The notes: a model not told the origin generated them from the sequence alone. A stretch of 64,000 nucleotides of DNA from Eledone cirrhosa (GCA_964016885.1 OZ024740.1:74648001-74712000), one strand, 5' to 3'. Positions 12,701 to 25,267 are shown, numbered from the stretch's first letter. Numbers and translations are program-made.

Positions 12701-15700
12701 TTGTTCTAAACCTGAGCAGATGTGGTGAGAGATGATCTTACATTTGTTGTTCTAAACCTGAGCAGATGTGGTGAGAGATGATCTTACAGTTGTTGTTTTA
12801 AACCTGAGCAGATATGGTGAGAAATGATCTTACAGTTGTTGTTTTAAACCTTAGCAGATGTGGTGAGAGATGATCTTACAGTTGTTTTAAACCTGAGCAG
12901 ATATGGTGAGATGATCTTACAGTTGTTGTTTTAAACCTGAGCAGATGTGGTGAGAGATGATCTTACAGTTGTTGTTCTAAACCTGAGCAGATGTAGTGAG
13001 AGATGATCTTACAGTTGTTGTTTTAAACCTGAGCAGATGTGGTGAGAGATGATCTTACAGTTGTTCTTTTAAACCTGAGCATGTGTAGTGAGAGATGATC
13101 TTACAGTTGTTGTTCTAAACCTGAGAATTGGTGAGAGATGGTCTTACAGTTGTTGTGACTGTTGTAAGGATATATTTTATAGGGGGGTCTCTTCTGTGTT
13201 TTCATGACAGAAGCCCCAATCCTATTATGAAACCTCCCAGATGAGATGATGAAGAAAGATAATAACTGGAAGAAATCTGCACTGGAAAAAAACTTGTCCA
13301 AGCCATGCATGTATGGAAAAGCAGATGTAAAAATGATGATGATGATATACATGATAAACTACAGTTGGAATCTTTTTTCTGATGTGTAACTGAATGCATA
13401 AAATACTATCCAATTTCAGAACAAGCTCAGTACTAAAAAGCTTAGATTTCTAATATAAAATTTAGAGAGGAAATATGATAGATGAAGTACCATATGAAGT
13501 GACTATTAAATAATTACAGGCATGCTGTGGTTAAAAAGTTCACTTCACAACCATATGGTTTCAGATTTGATCTAACTGCACAGCACCTTGGAGAAGTGTG
13601 TTCTACTATAGCCCTGAGTTGACCAATGCCTAGTGAGTAAATTTATTAAATGGAAATTAGTCATATACATATTTATGTATATGTATCTCTACCTCTTCAT
13701 ACTGACACTAAGCAAGCAGTGATGTTTGTTAATATGTATCTTGCAACTTAAAGGTTCACAAAGATCACAGGAAAATAAGTACCATTTCTAAAAAGGTAAA
13801 GTATGGGTTGGCATCAGGAAGGGTATCTGGTTGTAAAATACTAGCTCCAAAAGAATAATTCAACTCAATCGAGTATGGATAAGCTGATGTAAATACAATA
13901 GTAATTGAAATCTTCACAATTCTTCTGACAACAGCTGAAAGTTTTGTGGTATATAGATGAATTCTAGCTGATGATTTATGATGTAAAGAAGTACTACTGA
14001 ACCACCTTACCTACAACCATAGTTGAGAGCATCTTCTGCTGATATCACACCAATATCAACAGTTCTAGCTTTCCAAATCCTGTTTTCTGTCAAAAGATCA
14101 TCAACTTCATCCAGCCGCTGTCCAAACTTGCTAATAAAATCAAAAATGTCATCCATCAATCCAAGAGGCATGTCCTAAAACAGAAAACATATCACATCAT
14201 GTAGTCAAGTAAAGCGTAATAAACCTCAACAACACTAACATGACAAACATTCAAAGTGTTATTGTTTTATTTGTTATCATAAACATCATCAAGTGGTAAT
14301 GACAGTGTCACAACAAAACACACCCAATACATGCTTTGAAGTGGTTGGCATTAGGAAGGACATCCAGCCATAAATACCATGCCAGAATGGGACATATGAG
14401 CAAGATAGTCATCTGACATGTCTGGCCTCAGAATGTGACAACCCATCTAACTCATGCAAGCATGGAAAATAGATATAAAATGGTAGCGATGATGATGATG
14501 ATGATATTATTTTTATGTTCCTTTTTCCATGTTGGTATTGGCTGGATGAGACTTTTGAGACAGTATTCTATGGCTGGATACACTTCTTGATATCAGGCCT
14601 AACTAGATTTTTAAGTTTTTAAGTAAGGTTTTGTTCCACAGAACTTCAAACTTCTAACCACAGAGCTGTGTGACATAGTGCTTATGTGGACATACCCCCA
14701 CCCATTGCTGATGTATGCAATCCATCATGGGAGAACAAATATTACATCATGATGATGGTGGTGATGATGAATGCAGCAGAGAAAGTAAAGTTGTTGGTGT
14801 TACCTGCGAAACTCCACCTGGACGAACATAAGCTGCATGCATACGAGCTCCAGAAACACGTTCATAGAATTCCATCATCTAAGGAGAAAGATGAACTCAA
14901 CAATGTTTACACAACATAGTATTTAGTGCTAAATTATAGAAATTCTAATGAAAAATATATCTTGTATGGATTAATAACTGATTTTACAGAAACTAATGTT
15001 GATTTTGGTCTATACCTACCGTAAAATTAACTGTTCTAGAAGACATTTATATAAGAACTTGAAGATATAAGCGATTAAAATATTTTCAAATGCCAGTTGC
15101 ATTTATCTTCCCACTGAAACATAGAAGTTGGAATTAGGTTGTATATTCCCTTTCTTAAAAGAATGGAGATTACATATAGTAGAGAGGACTCTTTAGCTTA
15201 AAAGTGGACAAAGTAATCTCTCTAGAGCTACTGCCACAATAATGTGCACCCAGAATACTCAGTAAGTGGGTGACAATGTAAAGTGGAGAGGATTCTCCAG
15301 TCATGTCTAGGACTTAACAACCACTCTAATGGCAGAACCACAATAAATGCATATATATTCTCTTCAGTGGTTGGTGTTAGGAAGAGCATCCTACCAAAAA
15401 TGCAGTGTGGTCATCAAACCTTTCTAGGAGGGCAGTAACTCTAACCAAGATCTGACTTGGACAGTGACAACCCATCCAACCCATGTCAGCAAAGAAAGTG
15501 GGTGTAAAATGATGATGATATTGGTTCATCTATTTTTAGGGTAAAATGGTGTAAGTTGAGAGATTTAGCCATCATAACTAATTCTGCTGTGGTCACCTCC
15601 AGAATCTACAGGTGTACAGAATTAGATTAGACAGTGGAGAGAGTGAAACATTTCCATTGTGTTGTAATGCATTCCAGATGATTAACCACTGCAGGTTAGA

Positions 15701-18700
15701 ATGTGCAGCATGGTATCATGATCTTCAGCAAGATGTAGGTGGCATGGTGTATCTGGATTGATGTATCTCCAGATCACAATTAGTCATTCAACTGACAACC
15801 ATAGATCTGCTTCATAAGAGCTGACCTGAAACTATACAACAACAACAATAACAACCACTTACACTGGTCTCTCTCTTACCCACAGTCTATACTGTTATGT
15901 CTCTTTTCATAAAATCCTAACTAACTAATGGTGCTTACAAAATAGATAATAGTGACAGTAGTACTTACTTTTTCTCGTTCTTCAAAGAGCCAGAAGAAAG
16001 GTGTCATAGCTCCAATGTCTAAAGCATGAGTTCCTACTGCCATAATGTGATTCAGTATCCGAGTTATTTCACCAAAAAGAGCTACAAATTGACAAGTGGT
16101 ACAATATAATAACATTAGAATAATTAACAAGCTATTTTAATAGGTTTTTTTTTTAATTTACTCCTTTTGTTACTATATTTCTAATGACTCTGACTATGAT
16201 TTTCAAATTATTTTGAAAATAATCGAGAATTTGGAAGGATTGAGTAATATAACAAACTTTCTCATTATTGAAATAGTGCTTGGAACATAATTTAATAAGG
16301 GTTCTTAGATAATTCAATAGTGGAAGGTTTTAGATAAATATAAACGTAAGCATGACACAGACAACTGCTCTGGCTTTGCTCTGGAAAACTTATCTAACCC
16401 ATGCTAATGTGGAAAAATGGTGATGATGATAAACATTTAAAAGCAAACAGCGTAGAATCATGAAACCAAGAACGATTTCAGGCAGTTTGATATAAAAAGG
16501 GTTGATTGTTTAGGTTGGAGGAAGGAGCAATGTCCATGGCCTTCACAGGTTTTTTTGAGACTAGTAAGAGAATTCCAGAGGACTGATGTTTTGAGGAGAA
16601 AAGACATGTGAAGTGACTAGTGCAGAGCTGGGGCTAAACACAATAGAGGTGACGAAAAGAGGAAAGATGAGTAGGTAAGTTCTAAGCTGAGGTGGCACAT
16701 GGTCAACTAGCTCCAAGGAACCCTAGCAATATTTTCTGGCTTGAAAGAAGAAGGCAAATCTTTGCTCAAGGACATAAGATCAGTTGGAGAAATCATCAGA
16801 GATGGGGAGGCCTCACATCTGTAGCAACCCTGAAGGTCTTGGTTGTGTGCTGTTCATGTTTGGGGAGGGATGGGTAATTATATTGTTTTCTTCATTATGA
16901 GTAATGATTGTATCTTTATACTGTTAAAGGGGACAATATTAGCATGATCGCATTGGAGATGTTTTTTAGTTTTTTTATCAAGGAGTCAGTGCAGATTTGA
17001 CCTGAGGTGTCTATGTTCCATGTGATTTATGCTTGGGTGCTGAATTTTAGGGAATAATGAAAGATAATGATAGCTGCATAGAAGTGAGTGTTGTTGGAAA
17101 GTAGGTCATTGATGTATAGGAAGAGTGTGGAAAACAAAACCGAACCTTGGGACACACTGGAGTTGATAAGTGTGTAGTTCAAGAAGAGCTCCATTAGCAA
17201 ACATTGTGATCTGTCAGAAATTTTCTAATGCAAGAGATGAGAAATATATGGAGCTCACAGATAATCAGGAAAATTCAGATATCAGATATGTTTGAAAGCT
17301 TTACTGATATTAAACAAGTTTTTCAAGAGCAAGGGCTCACTGATAAGTGGCATTGTAAAGCAGATTTCTAATAGTTTTGATTTCATTAAAGCTGCACAGG
17401 TGATCATGTACTTCCCTGACATTTGTGTATTATTCTATGTACTATATTGACGAGTTGTAGTGCACCTGAGCACTTTACACAATAATTTCATTATTATTAA
17501 GGAAGGAGAAGACGGTTGTTAATGTCTCCATCACCTTTAAAATTTTTTAAGTATAATTGATAAGTTGATAGCTGGTGGAGTCAGAAGTGGTTACCCTTGT
17601 TCAGAATGGAACATACGTTATTGTATTCCAAAGATCAAGATAGATTCCTGTAGAAACAGGGAGATTGATGTGCTTGGCAAAAATAGGGGTAAGCTTTGTA
17701 GCATATTGATTGAGGGTAATAGAAGGGACGCTGATAAGGCTGGTGGCTTTACTATTAGTTTGAAGCAACTGGAATTGTCTTTGCACTTGGAATGTATGTA
17801 TCTACATATATTGATATGCACACACAAACATATTTATAAATTTGTTTTCAATTGTATCAACATTATATCTATCCTTATCTTTTTTTTACTGAATAGTCAG
17901 AGAGAATGGCATGAAACTTTTTCAGAGCCTCTGAGACCTATGAAAAGGGAGGAGGAAGATATCTTCAAACTAGAGGCCTGGCCCAAATGTTTGCAACAAA
18001 GTTGACTTTGTTAAAGTTACATAAAGGCCTGGTGGTGATGTTAAACCAGCTGAAAAATTAAGTTTACTATCCAAGTGGGCCACAGCAAGATATCTTGTCC
18101 AATGCTCTGAAAATTACACCAATCTACTGCCCTGAACAGGTATTTTAATTTATCAAACCTCAAAAGGTTGAAAGGCAAAGCTGATCTTGGCAGAATTTAA
18201 ACACAATGCAGAGAGCTGGAACAAATACTGCAAAACGTTTTGTCTTAAATTCTAATGGCCTACTAAACCTGAATGTTCTAGGAACTCAACATTCTGACCC
18301 TGTATATCACAACTCCAGACAATGTTAGACAGAGAGGGCTCTTTAGCTCTGTGAAGAACTTGAAAACTTTTCTAGTATTGGGACCAGAATAAAATGCACC
18401 CAATGGCTGGCAGCCAAATGGAGGTCACATAGGTTAGAGGGTGTTTTCAGTCATGCCAAGTACATAACAATCTCTCTAGTGCTTGGGCCATGATAAAAAT
18501 ACACTCACTACAGTTTGTAAAGTGATAGTGCTAGTGCCATGATAAAATGCATCCAGTACACTCTGTAAAGTGGTTGACAGCCGAATGCTTACCACATAAG
18601 TAAGCATAATGCCTAATCCATAACAACCTCTCTAGTGTTGATGCCATGAAAATATGTACCCAGTACACACTGTAAAGTAGTTGGCATTAGGAAGGGCATC

Positions 18701-21700
18701 AACCGCAGAAATCAAACCAAAATATAGTACATATGAGGAAGACGCAGTTCTCCAATTCATCTAGTCTCAGACTGTGATGACGTGCCCAACACATGCCAAA
18801 ATAGAAAACAAACAGGTGTTGATGATGATATCACCTTAGCAATAAAATATTTACTTACTGCGGATCCATTTTGCTCTTTCTGGAATCTCAATATTTAGTA
18901 AATTTTCCACAGCCAATGAATAACATTGCTCATTACACATCATTGAGACATAATCTAAACGATCAAAATAGGGTAAGGCCTACAAGAGAAAAGAATACCA
19001 CAGTAAGTCTATATTGTAATGATTGTACTGGATCTTTTGTCTGGTTGTCTCATAAAATCATTCTAAAATTTTTATTTAGGATTCATAAAGCACAATTAAA
19101 AGTAACCCCAAAATAATGGTGAGGGAATATTCGAGAGAAGTTTCATTTATTATACATAAACATATATATATATATATTATATAATGATCTCTTTTGATAT
19201 TTATGTTCCTAGCTTTGGTCAAGCAGTTTTTTGTGAGTCAGTGTGAGCCATTTCTAGCATTACCCCTTACAATTTTCATCCTATCAAACGTTGTATTTTT
19301 ATTCTACATATGGCCTGAGCAATGGTTGGCATTCCATTGGGAACTGATTTTTTTTGTAGTTACAAGAAGTCTACTGATGATTGCTAGCTCTTGGCTTCAT
19401 CATTTGCCAATGTTAATCAGTAAATGTTGATGATCTTTGCTGCATGAAATGGTACCATATAGGCCTTATAAAAGCTTAGTAGCAGTGTAAATATAATACT
19501 TATTCTGCCTCTCAGGCTTTTTTTAGCCTAATTATATCGTTCTCTGCAAAATATTAGATATGAGGTTTCCTATGATATAGGTAGTGTGCAACCGTTCTGA
19601 GGTCTAGGATATTTAGCTTCAATTCTCTCATTGAGCGACCATAGGGTCACATGATTGTTATATATTATATTTCGATCCCTTTTGACATATACATATAACC
19701 CACTCCATAAAACAATGGATTATGTGCTAGTAGAAAATATAATTTGTAAAAGGGAACAAATGGTAATATTTATTGGTAATAGCTTTCCTTATTACTGTAA
19801 TGATTTATTAGAAATGGTGAAATACTGGTTTGTTAATTCAAATGTTTATAGTATCTTTACTAGTGGACAGTAAATGTTTATAGTATCTTTACTTGTGAAA
19901 ATTTGCAGTATTAGAGTAAAGAGTTTCATTTTCAAGGTGATGCAGTTATAGTGCTTTTTTTTTATTTATTTCATAAATATCTTGTTAATATGGTTTTATG
20001 TGGTACAGGATGTTAAGAGTTAACCAATTTACTTACCTGCAGATAAGTCTTGTACTCAATAAGCTTCTCTGTACCACGGTGGAGTAAACCAATGTGAGGA
20101 TCAGCACGTTCAATAGTCTAAAAAGAAATGCATAGGCTTTTATCATAATAATAGTAGTAGTAGTAGTGGTAGTGGAGTGGTGACGGTGGTGCTAATTTCA
20201 TATTTTGGCATCAGGCCACAAATGAGGGAGGGGCTTACAATCAACATCAGTATTTAACTAGCATTTAATTAATTGATCACCTGGAAAGGGGAAGTCGACC
20301 CAGGTGATATTTGAACTCAAAACACAAAGAAGTGCAACTGAATTCTGCAAGGTATTTTGTTCAGCAATTCACTAATTCTGCCATCCACCTGCTTTCCCAG
20401 CTATGTGGTGAACTTAAATCATATTCTTGTCTGTTAGATTGAACCAGACAGTTTGTTTGAGTCACAAGGCAGACTAATCACACAACTACATTTTTTGTAC
20501 AAGTGACAACCATGTGAGTTTTCTTATATCACTTCTTATGATTTCTTTCCTAATAGGCTAACAAAGAATGTAAATTTCATATATGACAGATGTACAGGAT
20601 CAATAAGCACTAAGAGATATGAGAAATAGCTTCTCTCAAATGCTCAGATGGCTCTATAAAAGTAGTTGACAGCTTTCATTACCTATATGACCTAATTAGC
20701 AGGGAAGGTGGGAGTTCTGGAAGAATAGTAGTTAGAGTAAGAGTCAGTTGAAAAAAGTTCAGAGAGTCATTACTTCTGCTGGTAACAAGGGGTTCTCTCT
20801 CAGAGCAAAAGACAGATTGTACAATGTTTCATGTAGGGAGTCATGAGGCCTAAATGCAGAAGATTCACTAAGACAAGAAGTGAGGTGAGCATCCTCCGGT
20901 GGATGTGTAATGTTAGTGTGCATAAACAATGGAACCCAAATGTGTATAAGAGGAATCAGATGTAGTGAGCATTGGTATGGGTATTTGAAGTGTATAGAGA
21001 ATAGCAGCTTTTGGGGCTCCTGTCTACGCCTCCATCTCATCCCCTTTGTTCTTACTGCCCTACTCTCATATTGCACCATACTGCCCATGCAACCTATGGA
21101 TGGCATTGGAACTATCTAAGAATCTCCACCCTCTGACGTGTCCCCACCTAATCTCCTATTCATCACCCACTTAAGGAGTGTCTTATTCTGCCCATGTTCA
21201 CTCCCACCACAGGCTTCACCAGTCTATTTCCTTTTCATTTTTGTCTTGTGCTCCAACGGTACTCAACAGAAGTAGCCAAACATGAATAATTATATCTAAT
21301 AGCAAAGTGAAGACAATGCTTACACATAATCTAAAGAAAATTAATTAATAATTTTCTTATTTTACATTTATTTTGCAATGATAGAATGGATAGGATGTCT
21401 TTTAAAGTGAGAAATTGTTTTCATAATTCAGAGCTCCTTTTACTGCTAAATTAGAAGTAAACCTATTTTCAATCAGTCAAGCAAATGAAAATAATTAGTT
21501 TATCATCATCATTTAACGTCCACTTTCCCTGCTAGCAAGGGTTGATAAATAGATAAAACATTTAACTTATAGCCATCTGTGTATGTTTAGCTACATTTCA
21601 TAAAAGATGTTTTGGGTGTTTTAATGTCACCTTTTTATTCTGACAACAGGAGTCAGCATCTGAACTCAGAATGCATAATTGGAACAAGTATCACAAAGTA

Positions 21701-24700
21701 TCTCGTTGGACACTCTAAAGATTAGACCAGTCCAATGTCCAAGACTAGTATTTCATTTATCATTCCCAAAAGGATGAAAGGCAAAGTTGACCTCAGTGGG
21801 ATTTGAAATCAGTGAGCAGTTGGAACAAATACTGCAAGGCATTTGATCCAATGCTCTAACGACTTTGTTAATTACATTGATCCATGAGTTAATTGTAAGA
21901 TGAAAACAAAGGAATATAATATTACATTTACACAGAAACATACCTCGCCATCCAGTGTGAGTACAAGACGCAATACACCATGAGCCGCAGGGTGCTGTGG
22001 ACCAAAATTCATAGTCACATTTTGAACTTCCTTTTCTTTCACTTCTGCCCGAGCTATAAGAATATGAAAATGCCAATAGTTAACTTTTACAGTTTATGTA
22101 AAAATTTTATAGTAGTAGTCATTAAAAAGAAACTAATACATAACTCATTATTTTATAGATGGAATAAGTAATATTCGGTTTCTTCAGCAAATTTGAACAA
22201 AGTTATGTTTAGTTTACCAAAACACCTGAAACCATTCTTGCTTCTTTGACATTAAGCTGTTTATTTTAAAGTGCTTATATTTATCTGAACCCCCACCCCT
22301 GTCATAATCTTATGTAAGAACCTTTGATCTTTGTTAAACTATGCTAAAAATACCAGCTTACTAATAAGTTAGTTATATTACTAAATGCTTCCAAATTCTT
22401 GAATATTTTCAAAATTGTTTGAAAACCATAGACTATGTATTTCATTAGAAATATGGCAATGAAAAGTTTAGATTTGAAATCATGAATGTTCAGTCTCAAT
22501 CATCATTATTTTCAGACTGTTTTCTAAGCATGGCATTTATTGTATATGTATCATGTTTTTATCTGCCCTTCCTATCACCAACCACTTGGGTGTATTTTAT
22601 CATGCCACAAGCACTAGAAAGAATGTCTGGAGTAAGACTGAAGAATCGACTCTACTCTGTATCAGTGTTTTTAGTTAGAGTTATTGTTTTTCTAAATGAG
22701 TTTCCTACATTAGGTTTGTGGAGTCCACATCTCCCAAATTCATTTCTTCTTTTTTTTTTTGTATGATTTTTATACTTGGATGTCTTTGTTAATTTGGAGT
22801 TTTAATTTTTACAGCATGTCTACAAACTCGTAACAGATTACATTATATACTGTGTGGTATATTTGTATGATAATTCTTTATTTTATAGTAGAATGCTCCT
22901 TTTAAAGTCAACTAATCCTCCATGAAACAGTTTAACTGCAGATTCAGTTATTGGAAGAAGAGAGGTATGTGTAAAAGCCAAATTAGCTATCTTCAATTTG
23001 GTATTCGTGCCAACTGTTACCTACAGTCATCAATCTTGGGTAATAACCAAAAGAATACGATCAGGAATACAGGTGGCCGAAATGGGATTTCTCTGAAGGA
23101 TCTTTTGAATAATGTTACTCGATAGAGTGTGTAAATTGGAGATCAGCAAGTCGCTCCAGGTAGAGGCACTACCTTTCCATTCCAATACATGTAGTCAGAA
23201 TGTTTAAGGAAAGAATTGCTGGACAGAGTTTAAAAGCAAAAACCAACCAGCAGGAGGCCAAGGGGTAGATCATAAGCAAGATGGTAGGATAACATCCATG
23301 AGCTTGGCTGGTCTGGCTTAGAGATAAATGCATCAGACAGGACCTGCTGGAAGCAGTGCTTGAGGACTCTGCTCCCTCAACTCTCCCAGGAATAAGTGAA
23401 TGTAGCAGAAAATAAAATAAAAATAAACTTACGGTTAAGTGGAAGATTTTTCCATTTTGAACTGACTTCATCAGGGTACATTACAGGTCCAGTCAGTTTC
23501 CCTAGATATTCTGAATCTAACAACCATTTATTTGCTCCTCGACTGGAATAAAATCAATGAAATAACTATAGAATATGATGAATCTACTGTTGGTTTCGAT
23601 GTTGAGCACCTATATGTTAAATTAATGTGTACATAGGTTTACGTAAAAACCCTTGATAAGTTCCGCTCCAAACAACAGCTTAATAATGAGACATTTGAAA
23701 ATAATATGCAGTGTCTTTTATTAAAAATATGATAAATGGGTTAATCAGACCTGGAATAGTACTCCTAAAGATACAGACACCTTGCAAAAGCCATCTAAAT
23801 AACTAACTGGCAAACACTCACTTTCACTCATCAACACACTACCGTCTTTAAGCTCACAGGCATAGCTCCTCGTTCTACCTATTGTATCACTACTACAGTG
23901 GCCAATGTCCTTGAAGCAAGGAGTTGATACAGTATTTCCTCCCAAGCACCTATTAACACCTATAGTGTTAGGCCCAACAGTAACCATTGACTTCAAAATG
24001 TCCCTCCCTGCAGTTAACTTGGGATTCATCAGTTACCTTCATTGTTTGTTGTTTTTTAGACTTTTAACATTTCTAGAGGTAATTTCTTTTTATCTAGTTT
24101 AGATAATTTCAGCAAATCAAAGTTTGTATAGTAGACTTAATCCATCACTTGGTTTAACACCACTACATGGTATTTGGGTGCCTTTAGTGGATTTCACTCT
24201 TTTGTAAGCATTCAGGCCAGGTTACCAATTTGATACCCTCCACCCTCTTGCCGATTTTGAAGAACTTTGAATTATAATTTGAAGACAGAAAACCAAAACC
24301 CGAAATGTATTATATAAAACTAAATACACTTGATCGTTTGTTTCGGTTTTTAATTTTGTGTTAAAATCATTTTTTTACAGGAACAAATTCTCTTTCTAAA
24401 ACAATTTTTGTTTTGTTTAAGGTCTTATTAACATTAGGTTGGTGGAGGATTGTTTGTAAAATGTAGATAAGGGTTCTGCGACAAAACACGTTTAGGAACC
24501 ACTGACTTAGTGAATCATTTATGTTTGAAATAATGCCGTTTTTATTTTTCATTTGAAACAAAAGTATTTGGATATCGTTAACAATAGATCCCTTTTGAAG
24601 AATATGTAAATATTTTGTCCGATTCACCAGATTAATTCCGTATGCTCCACTCAAACGAGATATTTTCTTCTAAGGATATCTATTGTCGATGATACCCAAA

Positions 24701-25225
24701 CATTCTATTTCAAATTTAAATATAATGCATCATTACAAATTCTTAAACTTAAATGTAAATTTTAAATTGACTATAATAATTCCTTGGGGATGTTCGTAAT
24801 GTGGAATATTTAAATCTATAAAGTTTTAATGAGATGACCTCTCAAGGTGACAATAGATAATGGAAAGCAGCATTTAATCTTTAGTTTTAATCATTTAACT
24901 GAATTTGATTTTGCACTAAAGACTACACGCGAGGATTTAATATATTGTCTCTAAAAGAACCCTAAATCAGATAGGATAGGGTGAAATGGTATAACTTTGA
25001 TGTCAAAGATAAAAGGATAATAACATGATGTAAGAAGAGCAAAATAAACAGAACAAATGTTATGAATTAAGTGTCATTAATTGATTTCATTTTCAGATAA
25101 GTTAAAGAACGAAGTACGGTTTACCTGGAAACAAAAAGGGTCGGTGCATATCCAAGGATATTTTTCTTAGACAGAGCTAGAATGTTTGGGACAGTTGCCC
25201 TTAAAAGTCCTCCGATCGCTGCCAT
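632..25225 (-). CDS. NDUFS2: NADH:ubiquinone oxidoreductase core subunit S2 (49 kDa), spliced gene span, 12 coding exons in window, 3' end outside window
   Basis: Hand-spliced exons of 101+110+110+81+121+113+75+164+120+130+96+84 = 1305 nt form one open frame. Hallmark motifs: [111 protein letters not shown]. All introns are GT-AG. Confidence 0.98.
848..1707 (-). mobile_element. Tc1/mariner DNA transposon (DD37D/maT-like), internally deleted
   Basis: TIRs CAGGGTG(T/C)GGACGATAT at both ends; TA TSD at 846-847 and 1708-1709; transposase remnant 940-1548 with WQQDSAPCH...[13 protein letters not shown]. Confidence 0.9.
1727..4205 (-). mobile_element. RTE-clade LINE, 5'-truncated and frameshifted, PHD-containing family
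   Basis: ORF pieces with [37 protein letters not shown] and GRGRPRKTW; (GAT)n tail at 1727. Confidence 0.93.
4219..4576 (-). mobile_element. RTE LINE 3'-UTR fragment with 113-bp internal tandem duplication and (GAT)n tail
   Basis: Near-identical to 53796-54240, 63064-63341, 39854-40240 and (inverted) 32330-32645. Confidence 0.85.
4885..5084 (+). mobile_element. Older RTE-tail/SINE fragment (GGTTGGCGTTAGGAAGGGCATCC core plus (GAT)n tail)
   Basis: Diverged relatives at about 8930-9185, 9295-9560, 14310-14505, 15230-15520, 18470-18830 and 45720-45930. Confidence 0.75.
5306..5656. mobile_element. Degenerate Tc1/pogo-like MITE
   Basis: Weak terminal inverted repeats (tactttcgggtctcgaataat ... 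attattttaggacattctagt). Confidence 0.3.
6029..6124 (-). CDS. NDUFS2: NDUFS2 coding exon 11
   Basis: [32 protein letters not shown]; ttacag / gttggt. Confidence 0.98.
6168..6416. mobile_element. piggyBac-like MITE family, uninterrupted copy
   Basis: ttaa-CCTTTT ... GGTAACAAAAGGG ends; related copies at 16157-16505, 22208-22471 (inverted) and 53628-57551 (interrupted). Confidence 0.6.
7128..7371 (-). mobile_element. tRNA-derived SINE, family 2
   Basis: tRNA-like head (AGTGGTTAGGGTGTTGGGCTTACAATC...GGTTTGGTTCC); second copy at 45381-45641. Confidence 0.75.
7667..7844 (-). mobile_element. tRNA-derived SINE, family 1 (young)
   Basis: 16-bp TSD ACTACAAACAAATAAT at 7651-7666 and 7845-7860; homologous to 26279-26462. 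Confidence 0.9.
8106..8235 (-). CDS. NDUFS2: NDUFS2 coding exon 10
   Basis: [43 protein letters not shown]; tttcag / gtaagt. Confidence 0.98.
10781..10900 (-). CDS. NDUFS2: NDUFS2 coding exon 9
   Basis: [39 protein letters not shown](R); cttcag / gtaaaa. Confidence 0.98.
11106..11545 (-). mobile_element. RTE LINE 3' fragment
   Basis: [13 protein letters not shown]...[11 protein letters not shown] plus (GAT)n tail. Confidence 0.85.
11936..13155 (+). repeat. 46-bp minisatellite, about 27 copies, in NDUFS2 intron 8
   Basis: Unit AAACCTGAGCAGATGTGGTGAGAGATGATCTTACAGTTGTTGTTTT with 43/44-bp variants; head-to-tail, no spacers. Confidence 0.98.
13517..13660 (+). mobile_element. tRNA-derived SINE, family 3 (diverged)
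   Basis: Similar to 33850-34015 (inverted) and 43024-43400 (MITE-interrupted). Confidence 0.6.
14011..14174 (-). CDS. NDUFS2: NDUFS2 coding exon 8
   Basis: [54 protein letters not shown](S); ttttag / gtaagg. Confidence 0.98.
14804..14878 (-). CDS. NDUFS2: NDUFS2 coding exon 7
   Basis: [25 protein letters not shown]; ccttag / gtaaca. Confidence 0.98.
15969..16081 (-). CDS. NDUFS2: NDUFS2 coding exon 6
   Basis: [38 protein letters not shown]; ttgtag / gtaagt. Confidence 0.98.
16510..17790 (-). mobile_element. Degenerate CR1/L2-like LINE RT fragment, interrupted by a CR1 3' tail (about 17400-17498)
   Basis: Remnants VSQGSVL...INDL (about 17105-17160) and KAT...PSITL...[18 protein letters not shown]. 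Confidence 0.6.
18859..18979 (-). CDS. NDUFS2: NDUFS2 coding exon 5
   Basis: [40 protein letters not shown]; ttgtag / gtaagt. Confidence 0.98.
20037..20117 (-). CDS. NDUFS2: NDUFS2 coding exon 4
   Basis: [27 protein letters not shown]; ttttag / gtaagt. Confidence 0.98.
20759..21010 (+). mobile_element. Degenerate RTE LINE 3' fragment
   Basis: Nucleotide similarity to the RT C-terminus of the 53796-57410 family (GFSLR..RLY, LRWMC, RGIRC, WYG). Confidence 0.6.
21944..22053 (-). CDS. NDUFS2: NDUFS2 coding exon 3
   Basis: [37 protein letters not shown]; acceptor ttatag, donor gtatgt. Confidence 0.97.
23433..23542 (-). CDS. NDUFS2: NDUFS2 coding exon 2
   Basis: (S)[36 protein letters not shown]; acceptor ttccag, donor gtaagt. 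Confidence 0.93.
23745..24040 (+). mobile_element. Degenerate CR1/L2-like LINE 3' fragment
   Basis: Decayed RP.LEY and LYHYYSGQC-type remnants; similar decayed pieces near 42340-42890 and 43680-43880. Confidence 0.4.
25125..25225 (-). CDS. NDUFS2: NDUFS2 coding exon 1 (mitochondrial presequence)
   Basis: caagATGG start; [33 protein letters not shown] is basic with no acidic residues; donor AG|gtaaac, phase 2 matches exon 2. Confidence 0.88.
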
Positions 25226-25267
25226 CTTGACAGAGATGCAGGAAACAGAATAATCTCTACATCCGGT
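25221..25267 (-). promoter_or_regulatory. Putative NDUFS2 proximal promoter motifs (ETS/GABP-like and YY1-like)
   Basis: Minus strand ACCGGATGT (25259-25267) and CAAGATGGC overlapping the start codon; motif match only. Confidence 0.4.

Noticed and set aside
11936-13155. CRISPR-like array
   Set aside because: Units are contiguous with no unique spacers, no cas genes are present, and it lies in a spliceosomal intron; it is a minisatellite
632-25225. Bacterial nuoD or mitochondrial nad7 insertion
   Set aside because: The gene has GT-AG introns and an N-terminal presequence; it is the nuclear NDUFS2
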